From Deltaproteobacteria bacterium (GTDB lineage Bacteria; Desulfobacterota; Binatia; HRBIN30): 57,884 nt of DNA. Of this stretch, positions 27,820 to 35,849 are shown in pieces. The position numbers were made by a program, and so were the translations under genes. Location of the stretch: NCBI GenBank assembly GCA_016200585.1, contig JACQEN010000198.1, positions 1 to 57,884 on the forward strand, given 5' to 3'. Numbering within the stretch: the first letter of the stretch is position 1; each line of letters begins with the position of its first letter. The notes beneath the pieces were generated by a model, which ran no database searches, was not told the DNA's origin, and was given only the letters and a program-made list of their open reading frames with translations.

Positions 27820-29979
27820 ATGAAGAATGTCAGTGTATTGTGTTTGATTGGTCTGGTTGCGCTGTCGTTCGCAGGTTGCGGTAACGATGGCGAAGGATCC
27901 GGATCATCGACCGTGTCGAACGGATTCGTCGACGAAGCGCAGTTCCAGACGCGGTCGCTGACCTATTTTCAGGTGGCAACGCAATCCTTCTCGCCGGGCA
28001 GCCCGCTCAATGTCATTTCACAGATCGAGAGATCGCAGCGCGATACGGCCTTCCAAGTCCGTCCCGGTAGCGTGCCGATCGACGCCTGGGACGGTACGTT
28101 CGCCAAGATGGCGGCGCTGCAGGATACGCGCGACTTCGATGCGCTCTATCTGCTGAACGTGCTTTTGGGGTACCGCGACAACCCGATTCTCGCGCCCGGC
28201 TTGGCGCAGAAGCTGGAAGACGCCCTGGTGGCGTTCAAGACGTGGTTCACCGAGCCGACGCCGGCGGGGTTGAGCGACGATTCGTACTACTGGACCGAAA
28301 ATCACGAGGCGCTGTACCACACCATCGAATACCTGGTCGGACAAACCTATCCCGATCGAACGCTGTCGACCGACGGCCGCAGCGGTCGCGAGCATTTGCA
28401 GACGGCGCGGGCACGTCTGCTGCGCTGGTTCGACTTGCGGGCGCGCTTCGGCTTCAGCGAATGGCACTCGAACGTCTATTACCAGAAGGACGCAACGCCG
28501 CTGCTGACGCTCGTCGAGTACGCCAACGACGAAGAAATCCGCACCAAGGCTGCGGCCGTGCTCGACGTCTTGCTGCTCGACATGGCGACACACACCTTTC
28601 GCGGCGCTTTCGGCGTGACCCACGGCCGGTCGTACAAGAAAGACAAGATGTCGTCGCTCGACGACGACACCTGGGGAATGGTGAAGCTGCTTTTCGACAC
28701 GACCGACTACCCGTATCAGGGCGAAGACCCCGGTGCGACGTTGTTCGCGCGCGCCAAGCGATATCGCTTGCCCGAAGCGATCTATCGCATCGCCCGCTCG
28801 CCGACCGCGTTTGTCGACAAAGAGCGCATGAGCCTGCCGCTCAATGAGCTCGGGCCGTACAAGGACAATCCGCAAGCGCCGTTCGGTTTCTCGTTCACCG
28901 ACCCTGAGGATCTGACGATCTGGTGGGGCATGGGCGCGTTGACGGAATGGGAAGTGGTGCCGCTGACGGTGCAAACCTTCAATCAGTACAACCTGTGGAC
29001 GACGTCGAACTTTGCGCCGTTCGCCGGTTTGAAGGCGTTCACCGGAGATCTCAAGTTTGCCCAGCAATTTGCCCTCAATTCGGCGCACATGCTCGGCTTC
29101 GCGCTCTTGGAAGCGGTCAACACCTACACCTACCGAACCAGCGACTACATACTGTCCAGCGCCCAGGACTACCGCAAAGGATCGTTCCAGGCGCAGGTGC
29201 AATCGTGGCAGGCGACCCTCGATGCGAACGCGCTGGTGTTTACGACGCACGCCTTCCGTCCGCCGATCCAGACCACGAATTGGTACGAAGACACCGAGAC
29301 CGGCAGCTACTGGACCGGCGAAGCGTCGATGCCACGTTCGGCGCAGCACGAGAATGTCGCGATCCATATCTACGCTCCGCAGTATCGAATGAAGAATCCG
29401 GCGCCGTTCGATTTCTTCCACTACGAGCCCTACACGCACGCTTACTTTCCGCAGGATCATTTCGACGAGGTGGTGCAGGAGGGCTCGTGGACCTTCGGCC
29501 GCTTGCGCGACGGTTACATCGCGCTCTACTCGTACCGGCCGGCGCAGTGGGTGGTCTACGATTCGACGGTCTACGCCACCAACGGCATGATCAAACCATT
29601 CGATCTGAAAGCCGACGGCGGTGCCGACAACGTATGGATCGTCGAATGCGGCCGCGCCGCCGACTGGCAGAGCTTCGAACGCTTCCGGGGCGCGGTCGCC
29701 GCCGCCAACATCGTGATCTCCGCCCGCCCGGCGCAGGGCGGCAGCTCGGGCGGCTACGATGTCGTCTACGACTCGCCGAGCCAGGGCCGCGTGACCTTCG
29801 GATGGGCAGCGCCGCTGACGGTGAAAGGTACGGAGATCGCCATCAGCGACTATCCGCGTCACGACAGCCCCTGGGCGCAGACACCGTACAACTCGCCGCA
29901 AGCCAGCATCAGCGCCGAGGGGTACAGCGTACAGGACGACGTCGAAAAGCCACTGCGTCAGGTGACGGGTCCGCGGTGA
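27820..29979 (+). CDS. Large lipoprotein of unknown function (helical N-half, beta-rich C-half; possibly polysaccharide lyase/heparinase-like)
   Basis: Lipobox FAGC; WTENH and GFSEWHSNVYY motifs; host-like codon usage. The functional guess is weak. Confidence 0.6.
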   Translation: MKNVSVLCLIGLVALSFAGCGNDGEGSGSSTVSNGFVDEAQFQTRSLTYFQVATQSFSPGSPLNVISQIERSQRDTAFQVRPGSVPIDAWDGTFAKMAALQDTRDFDALYLLNVLLGYRDNPILAPGLAQKLEDALVAFKTWFTEPTPAGLSDDSYYWTENHEALYHTIEYLVGQTYPDRTLSTDGRSGREHLQTARARLLRWFDLRARFGFSEWHSNVYYQKDATPLLTLVEYANDEEIRTKAAAVLDVLLLDMATHTFRGAFGVTHGRSYKKDKMSSLDDDTWGMVKLLFDTTDYPYQGEDPGATLFARAKRYRLPEAIYRIARSPTAFVDKERMSLPLNELGPYKDNPQAPFGFSFTDPEDLTIWWGMGALTEWEVVPLTVQTFNQYNLWTTSNFAPFAGLKAFTGDLKFAQQFALNSAHMLGFALLEAVNTYTYRTSDYILSSAQDYRKGSFQAQVQSWQATLDANALVFTTHAFRPPIQTTNWYEDTETGSYWTGEASMPRSAQHENVAIHIYAPQYRMKNPAPFDFFHYEPYTHAYFPQDHFDEVVQEGSWTFGRLRDGYIALYSYRPAQWVVYDSTVYATNGMIKPFDLKADGGADNVWIVECGRAADWQSFERFRGAVAAANIVISARPAQGGSSGGYDVVYDSPSQGRVTFGWAAPLTVKGTEIAISDYPRHDSPWAQTPYNSPQASISAEGYSVQDDVEKPLRQVTGPR

Positions 29980-30062
29980 GCTGCGGCTGCCGGCGCGCCA
30001 TCAGCGCAGTGCCTGGAGCTGTTTTGTGATTTTATCTGATGATTTTTTCCCTGGTATTCAAT

Positions 30063-30165
30063 ATTCGCGAATTACGAATGATTTTCCATTTGCTTGAATT
30101 TGTTTACAATTTCTCTATGGAAAAACACGGGTGAGCATTCTATACATGATTCTAGAATAACGTAT
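30063..30165 (+). promoter_or_regulatory. AT-rich promoter region with palindromic operator-like repeats
   Basis: ATTCG-N7-CGAAT at 30063-30079 and a degenerate copy ATTCTAGAATAACGTAT at 30149-30165. Confidence 0.45.
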
Positions 30166-30733
30166 GAAGCTAGTTCTGCAGAATTCAATTCTTGGGGGTG
30201 GCAAGCGACAATGGGCTCTAAAACCAGTCGACATTGCGGTTGCGTTGAAATTGGCCGTGCTCCCGGAGGGGGAGAAGTTTACCTATGCAATTTTAGCTGA
30301 ACTTCTTCACCTCTCAGCCTCGGAGGCGCACGCCGCCGTCACTCGGTTAGTGACTGCCAGATTGGCGGTCGACCACGGCGACCCTCGGTGGATTCGTCCC
30401 GTAAACAGCACGCTTGTCGGGCTTCTCATCTACGGCGTTCCATACGTTTTTCCTGCGGTGCGCGGCGGACTCACCATCGGGGTCCCGACTGCCTACGCTG
30501 TCCCCCCGTTGAGGCAGCAGGTTCTTTTTTCTGATCAGAACCCACCCGTATGGCCCCACCCTGAGGGAACTGTAAGGGGCCTTTCACTCCTACCACTCCA
30601 TGCGAACCTGCCGCTGGCCGTAGCCAAGGATCAAAAATTCTATGAACTATTGGCCCTCGTTGATGCCCTGCGGATAGGGCAGGCGCGTGAACGTGAGGTC
30701 GCGGCAAATCATCTCAGGGAACGGCTGAAGTGA
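30164..30733 (+). CDS. Winged-HTH protein, putative antitoxin/regulator (start uncertain)
   Basis: LKPVD.AVALKL, HTH-like YAILAELLHLSASEAHAAVTRL, C-terminal YELLALVDALRIG.ARE; 4-nt overlap with the downstream nucleotidyltransferase gene. Confidence 0.7.
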   Translation: MKLVLQNSILGGGKRQWALKPVDIAVALKLAVLPEGEKFTYAILAELLHLSASEAHAAVTRLVTARLAVDHGDPRWIRPVNSTLVGLLIYGVPYVFPAVRGGLTIGVPTAYAVPPLRQQVLFSDQNPPVWPHPEGTVRGLSLLPLHANLPLAVAKDQKFYELLALVDALRIGQAREREVAANHLRERLK

Positions 30734-31425
30734 ACACCGACGACCCTAATCTTGCTCTATTGACGATGACGGTTCGCGCTCTGGGTGACGTTGCGAGTTC
30801 TTTGGTGTTCGTCGGGGGATGCGCGACCGGTCTTCTGCTGACAACTGTCAGGGCTCAGGAAATTCGGGTTACCGTAGATGTCGACGTAGTGTCCGAGGTC
30901 TCATCGTACTTGGAATACACGCGGATTGTTAAGGCAATAAAGGCCCGCGGATTCCAGGAAGATCAAACTGGACCGATATGTCGATACGTCTTCGGTAGCG
31001 TCAAATTGGACTTAATGCCGTCCGGGGATGTTCTGGGCTTTTCGAACCGATGGTACCCGTTGGCCGTGAAGACGGCCACGGTTATCAGATTGCCATCTGG
31101 CGTTGATTTGAATCTGATCTCGGCCCCAGCATTCATCGCGACCAAACTTGAGGCACTAAGGCAGCGCGGCGACGGGGACTATCAAGCGAGTCATGATCTG
31201 GAAGACATCGTAACGGTGGTCGATGGCCGTCCGGAACTCCTTGCGGAGCTAGAGAACTCCCCTGCGGAGCTTAGAACCTACTTAGCAGAAGAGTTCGGAA
31301 GACTCTTCGCCGTGTCGGGATTCGCGGATTCGTTAGGCGGTCATCTATTGCCAGATCCGGCTACCCAAGCGCGACTCCCAATTCTCTTGGCTCGCCTTCG
31401 CGGAATCATCTCGCTTTCAAGTTAG
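30730..31425 (+). CDS. Pol-beta superfamily nucleotidyltransferase (AbiEii-like putative toxin)
   Basis: VFVGG.A...R.T.DVD motif, LDLMP, KLEA..R...SHDLEDI. Confidence 0.72.
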   Translation: MNTDDPNLALLTMTVRALGDVASSLVFVGGCATGLLLTTVRAQEIRVTVDVDVVSEVSSYLEYTRIVKAIKARGFQEDQTGPICRYVFGSVKLDLMPSGDVLGFSNRWYPLAVKTATVIRLPSGVDLNLISAPAFIATKLEALRQRGDGDYQASHDLEDIVTVVDGRPELLAELENSPAELRTYLAEEFGRLFAVSGFADSLGGHLLPDPATQARLPILLARLRGIISLSS

Positions 31426-31557
31426 GACACACCCCGTCGCACCCACATCCCACTTGAGGTTGCTCCAAGTTTCCGCCATTGTGACCGGCCCGCCGCCGGA
31501 ATTTCTTGAGCGCTTCCCAATCCAGGGACCGTATGCCGGCGTTGCGACTGAGGTGGT

Positions 31558-32814
31558 ATGGAACGCTTCGGACTCGACTTCGGTACGACCAATTCGTCTT
31601 TGGCGTGGGCGCATCATGACGGCAGCGTCAGCTTGTGCGACCTCGACGCCCTGGCTCCGAACGCGCGCGTGCTGCGCAGTCTGCTCTATTACTCGCCGGA
31701 GAAGCGCGACTTCGTCGTCGGGCAACGGGCGATCGACGCGTATCTGCGCGAAGACATGCAGGGCACGCTGATTCAATCGATCAAGACGTTTCTTGCCGAC
31801 GACTCTTTCGAACAGACGTGGATCAACGATCGTTACTACAAGCTCGAAGACCTCATCGCCGTCATCTTTCAGCACGTACGCCAGAAGATCCATGAACTGT
31901 CCGGCGGCGAAGCCGTTCTGGTCATCGGCCGGCCGGCGACCAACGTGCATCGGCCGGAAAGGGAGGCGGTCGCTCAAGACCGTCTGCGCAAGGCCGCGCA
32001 GCTCGCCGGTTTCTTCGACGTCGACTATCTCTACGAACCGATCGCCGCCGGCTTGGCCTACGAGACGTCGCTGGATCATGCGGAGACCGTGCTCATCGGC
32101 GATTTTGGCGGTGGTACGTCCGACTTCACGGTTATGCGTCTCGGCACCGGCAACAGCGGCGATCGTCGCGAGGACATCCTGGCCAGCGGCGGCGTGCAGG
32201 TCGCCGGCGACAGCTTCGATTCGCGCATCATGTGGCACAAGCTCAGGAAGTATTTCGGCGGCGGCACGACCTACCGCTCGATGGAAGGGGAGACCCTGCC
32301 GTTTCCGAAGGCCTTGCTTGCCGAGCTCGGCGTCTGGCATCACGTGCCGTTCCTGCGCAGCCCCAAGACGCGCGAGCAGCTGGCACGCATCCGTTGGAGC
32401 TCGAGCGCTCCACGGGCCATCGATGCGCTACAGATCCTGGTCGAAGGCAACTACGCCTTCTTCCTCTTCCAAGCGATCGAAAAAGCCAAGGCCGAGCTCT
32501 CCGATGCCGAACACGCGACGATTCGGTTTCGTCGCGAAGCAATCGGCATCGACGAGTTGGTCAAGCGCGTTGAGTTCAACTCCTTTATCGAAGCGGATCG
32601 TTCCCGCATCGAAACATGTATGGCCTCGGTTCTGGAGCAGAGCGGTGTCGCGCCCGGAGAAATCGATTCCGTCTTTCTCACCGGCGGCTCGGCGCAGATC
32701 CCGATCATCCGCCAGATGTTCATCGACCGCTTCGGCGAGGCGAAGCTCAAGGCGCAAGACTACTTGACGTCGGTGGCCACAGGCCTGGGTTGGGCCGCAT
32801 TGCGGAAAGCCTGA
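31558..32814 (+). CDS. yegD: Hsp70-family protein, YegD-like (ATPase domain only)
   Basis: GLDFGTTNS, EPIAAG, DFGGGTSDF, FLTGGS, SVATGL; no substrate-binding domain. Confidence 0.85.
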   Translation: MERFGLDFGTTNSSLAWAHHDGSVSLCDLDALAPNARVLRSLLYYSPEKRDFVVGQRAIDAYLREDMQGTLIQSIKTFLADDSFEQTWINDRYYKLEDLIAVIFQHVRQKIHELSGGEAVLVIGRPATNVHRPEREAVAQDRLRKAAQLAGFFDVDYLYEPIAAGLAYETSLDHAETVLIGDFGGGTSDFTVMRLGTGNSGDRREDILASGGVQVAGDSFDSRIMWHKLRKYFGGGTTYRSMEGETLPFPKALLAELGVWHHVPFLRSPKTREQLARIRWSSSAPRAIDALQILVEGNYAFFLFQAIEKAKAELSDAEHATIRFRREAIGIDELVKRVEFNSFIEADRSRIETCMASVLEQSGVAPGEIDSVFLTGGSAQIPIIRQMFIDRFGEAKLKAQDYLTSVATGLGWAALRKA

Positions 32815-32817
32815 CAA

Positions 32818-32853
32818 GCGAGCCACGAGACTACGAGCCTCAAGTCACGAGCC
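32818..32853. repeat. Heptamer tandem array (ACGAGCC-like)
   Basis: GCGAGCC ACGAGAC tACGAGCC TCAAGTC ACGAGCC. Confidence 0.6.
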
Positions 32854-32960
32854 ACTCGTTTCCCTGCATTGACTCACCCCCGTCCATCGGGTTGAGTCAT
32901 CCGATCCACCAACAGATTTGCCGGCGGCGCAACCGCCGGAGTTTAGAAAGGAGACAGAAG

Positions 32961-33608
32961 ATGCCGACAGTGTTGGGAATCAACGCTTCTCCGTTCGTTC
33001 GAAAGGTTAGAGTCGCGCTCGCCGAGAAGGGTGTGCAGTACGATCTCGATCCGGTGATTCCAGTCAAGGTCAGCGACGATTTCAAGAAGATCAGCCCGAT
33101 GGGCAAGGTCCCGGCGTACCGCGACGGCGATAAGACGCTGTGCGATTCATCGGTTATCTGCGCCTACATCGAGAAGGTCTATCCGAACCCGGCGCTGTAT
33201 CCGTCCGACCCGTACGACTACGCCCGCGCCTTGTGGTTCGAGGAGTACGGCGATGCGGCCTTGGTTCAGGTGTTCGGGCCGAAGATCTTCTTCCAGCGCG
33301 TCATCGGTCCGGCGTTCTTCCAGCAGAAGACCGACGAAGCGGTCGTCGACAAGGCGATCAACGAAGAGATGCCGCCGCTGCTGACCTATCTCGAAAGCCA
33401 GATTGGTGGCGATTTCATCGTCGGCAAACAATTCTCCATCGGCGACATCGGCCTCGGCAGCCAGTTCGTCAATCTGCAGCATGCCGGCGTGCAGGTCGAT
33501 GCGGCGCGTTGGCCGAAGCTCGCCAAGTACGTTGCCGGGATTCTGGCTCGTCCGTCGTTCAAGGCGTTGATCGACGAGGAGTCGCCACAGTTCGCGGGTC
33601 TGAGGTAG
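32961..33608 (+). CDS. Glutathione S-transferase family protein
   Basis: SPFVRKV, SPMGKVP, DSSVIC.Y, FSIGDI; SD AGGAG before ATG 32961. Confidence 0.93.
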   Translation: MPTVLGINASPFVRKVRVALAEKGVQYDLDPVIPVKVSDDFKKISPMGKVPAYRDGDKTLCDSSVICAYIEKVYPNPALYPSDPYDYARALWFEEYGDAALVQVFGPKIFFQRVIGPAFFQQKTDEAVVDKAINEEMPPLLTYLESQIGGDFIVGKQFSIGDIGLGSQFVNLQHAGVQVDAARWPKLAKYVAGILARPSFKALIDEESPQFAGLR

Positions 33609-33615
33609 GGAGTTC

Positions 33616-33655
33616 GGCTTTGGGGCTCTGAGCCGTGGCTCGCGGCTCGGGGCTC
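33616..33655. repeat. Heptamer tandem array (GGCTCGN-like), reverse-complement type of 32818-32853
   Basis: GGCTTTG GGGCTCT GAGCCGT GGCTCGC GGCTCGG GGCTC. Confidence 0.6.
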
Positions 33656-33674
33656 CACGAGGCGCAGGGCGCAG

Positions 33675-34832
33675 ATGACCACACCGATCAAAGACCGCAC
33701 GGCGATCGTCGGCATCGGCCAGACGAAGTTCAGCAAGGGGTTGGACAACACCGAGCTGTCATTGGCGTGTCAGGCGATTCGCATGGCGATCGACGATGCC
33801 GGATTGAAGCCGTGCGACATCGACGGGTTGTCGATGTTTTCGATGGAAAACGGCCGCGAGGTCGAAGTGGCGCGCAACGTCGGCCTCGGCGACATCACCT
33901 ACTTCGGCGAGATCGGCTACGGCGGCGGAGCCGGGTGCGCCACGGTCGGGCATGCGGCCATGGCCGTCGCCACCGGACAATGCAAAGCGGCGGTCGCCTG
34001 GCGGGCGCGCAAGCGCTCGGCGAAAGCCAGCCGTCCGTGGGCGAATGTGCAGCAGCGGCTCGGCGGATACCATCAGTGGACGCGTCCGTTCGGCCTTCTA
34101 CGGCCGGTCGATGAAATCGCCATGTTGGCACGCCGCTACATGCACGAGTTCGGCGCCACCCGCGATCATCTCGCCAACGTCGCCCTGGCGTTCCGCAAGC
34201 ATGCCAATCGCAATCCCAATGCGACGATGTACGAGAAGAAGATGACGCGCGACGATTACATGAAGGCGCGTTGGATTTCGGAGCCGCTGTGCCTCTACGA
34301 CAACTGTCTCGAGACCGACGGCGCGCTGGCGGTGGTGATCGTCGCTGCCGAACGTGCCCGAGATTTGAAGCAACGGCCGGCGTACCTGCATTCGTTCGCG
34401 CAGAGCATTCCGCGGCAATTGCAGGTGATGACCAACTACTTCAACGACGATCCGTTGGTCGGTCCGTCGTGGGCCTGCGCTCGCTTGCTGTGGCAGCTCA
34501 GCGACATCAAGCCGCAGGATGTTTCTGTTGCGCAGCTCTACGACGCCTTCAGCCCGCTGATCCCGTTGTCGCTCGAAGGCTACGGCTTTTGCGAACGCGG
34601 TGCGGGCGCGGCATTCACGGAAGGCGGCGCCTTGGAGTGGCCCGATGGCCGCTTGCCGACCAACACGGCCGGCGGCGGTATGTCGGAAGCGTACGTGCAC
34701 GGATTCAATCTGGTGCTCGAAGGGGTGCGCCAGATTCGCGGCACTTCGACCTGCCAAGTCGACAACGCCGAGAGCTGTCTGGTCACCAGCGGCGAGGGTG
34801 TGCCCACCAGCGCCTTGCTGCTGCGGAGGTGA
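33675..34832 (+). CDS. Thiolase-fold lipid-transfer protein (Ltp2-like aldolase)
   Basis: AIVGIGQT.F, GGGAGCATV, NP.A, PL.LYDNCLETDG, LYDAF, NTAGG.MSEAYVHG. Confidence 0.88.
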   Translation: MTTPIKDRTAIVGIGQTKFSKGLDNTELSLACQAIRMAIDDAGLKPCDIDGLSMFSMENGREVEVARNVGLGDITYFGEIGYGGGAGCATVGHAAMAVATGQCKAAVAWRARKRSAKASRPWANVQQRLGGYHQWTRPFGLLRPVDEIAMLARRYMHEFGATRDHLANVALAFRKHANRNPNATMYEKKMTRDDYMKARWISEPLCLYDNCLETDGALAVVIVAAERARDLKQRPAYLHSFAQSIPRQLQVMTNYFNDDPLVGPSWACARLLWQLSDIKPQDVSVAQLYDAFSPLIPLSLEGYGFCERGAGAAFTEGGALEWPDGRLPTNTAGGGMSEAYVHGFNLVLEGVRQIRGTSTCQVDNAESCLVTSGEGVPTSALLLRR

Positions 34833-34835
34833 TGG

Positions 34836-35276
34836 ATGGAGAGCAAATTCCTTTTGCCCGACCCGGAGGATGACGACGCGGCGCCGTTCTGGCAGGGCAC
34901 GGCGCGCGGCGAGTTGCTCGTCCAAGCCTGCGCGGCCTGCGGCAAGCGCCGCATGCCGCCGCGCCCGATGTGTCCGAGCTGCGGCGCTACAACGTCGCGC
35001 TGGGAGAAGCTCAGCGGCCGCGGGACGATCTGGTCGTTCGTCGTGCCGCATCCGCCGCTGCTGCCGGCATACCAGGAGCTCGCACCGTACAATGTCATCA
35101 CCGTCGCCACTGACGATGATGCGAACCTGCGCTTTATCGGCAACCTGGTGGCGACGCCGCACGGGGCGATCAATGAAGTCGATCCGGCGACGATCCGCAT
35201 CGGCGAATCCGTGCGCGTCGTCTTTCAACAAGTAGAGGACGTTCATCTGCCGCGCTGGATGCGTGTGTACAGCTAG
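34836..35276 (+). CDS. DUF35 Zn-ribbon/OB-fold protein (ChsH2-like partner)
   Basis: PFW.G...GEL.VQ.C..C...PPRPMCP.C, GRGTIWSF; adjacent to the thiolase-fold gene. Confidence 0.92.
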   Translation: MESKFLLPDPEDDDAAPFWQGTARGELLVQACAACGKRRMPPRPMCPSCGATTSRWEKLSGRGTIWSFVVPHPPLLPAYQELAPYNVITVATDDDANLRFIGNLVATPHGAINEVDPATIRIGESVRVVFQQVEDVHLPRWMRVYS

Positions 35277-35322
35277 ATCAATACCTGAATCGCCTGAGTG
35301 TACAGGTCTCTTCGACAAGAAA

Positions 35323-35357
35323 CCCCCTCCTTAGTAAGGAGGGGGCAAGGGGGTGGT
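35323..35357. repeat. Left palindromic terminal repeat of the DUF559 cassette
   Basis: CCCCCTCCTTA-G-TAAGGAGGGGG followed by CAAGGGGGTGGT. Confidence 0.9.
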
Positions 35358-35359
35358 TG

Positions 35360-35759
35360 ATGGCCCTGCACTACAACCGCCACAGCGAGCGCGCCAGGCG
35401 CCGCATCTTGCGCGATAGTGCCACCAGCGCTGAAGAGAAGCTGTGATCCGTCCTCAAAGGGCAACAGTTTGGAATCAAGTTTCAGCGCCAACATAGTATT
35501 GACGCCTTCGTCGTCGACTTCTGCGCACCGAGCTGCAAGCTGGCGATCGAGGTAGATGGCGATTCACATTTTCTCGGAAGCCGCACAGCAGTATGATGTT
35601 GAACGAACGGCATATCTTGAAAGCTTCGGCATTCGAGTGCTGCGATTTACGAACATCGACGTCGTTGAGAATATCCAAGTGGTTGTGCACTCAATCATCG
35701 CTGCGGCCAGGATGACCACCCCCTTTCCCCCCTCCTTAGTAAGGAGGGGGGAATTCTGA
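35360..35759 (+). pseudogene. DUF559 / Vsr-like endonuclease pseudogene
   Basis: MALHYNRHSERARRRILRDSATSAEEKL*SVLKGQQFGIKFQRQHSIDAFVVDFCAPSCKLAIEVDGDSHF with TGA at 35444-35446 where Trp is expected; +1 frameshift in the T-run at 35569-35572; then SEAAQQYDVERTAYLESFGIRVLRFTN. Confidence 0.88.
35715..35751. repeat. Right palindromic terminal repeat of the DUF559 cassette (inverted relative to the left)
   Basis: ACCACCCCCT-TT-CCCCCCTCCTTA-G-TAAGGAGGGGGG. Confidence 0.9.
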
Positions 35760-35849
35760 TTTTGATGGCGAAAACACGGCGTCCCGCAACTTGTTAAGGT
35801 ACGGTTGATCTGCCACACCGGCCGGTATCTTCGAAACGAGAAGGAGAAC

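Noticed and set aside
28018-29901. Long antisense ORF of 627 aa (and similar ones such as 9180-10382, 21219-22736, 45068-46465)
   Set aside because: These are shadow ORFs opposite well-supported genes, expected in high-GC DNA, with no recognisable motifs.
30020-31430. Prophage, IS or integrative element
   Set aside because: No integrase, transposase, terminal repeats or adjacent tRNA were seen; only a compositional shift.
35444-35446. TGA recoding (Trp or Sec) in the DUF559 gene
   Set aside because: TGA is the normal stop for many genes here and the same gene also has a frameshift, so decay is the simpler explanation.
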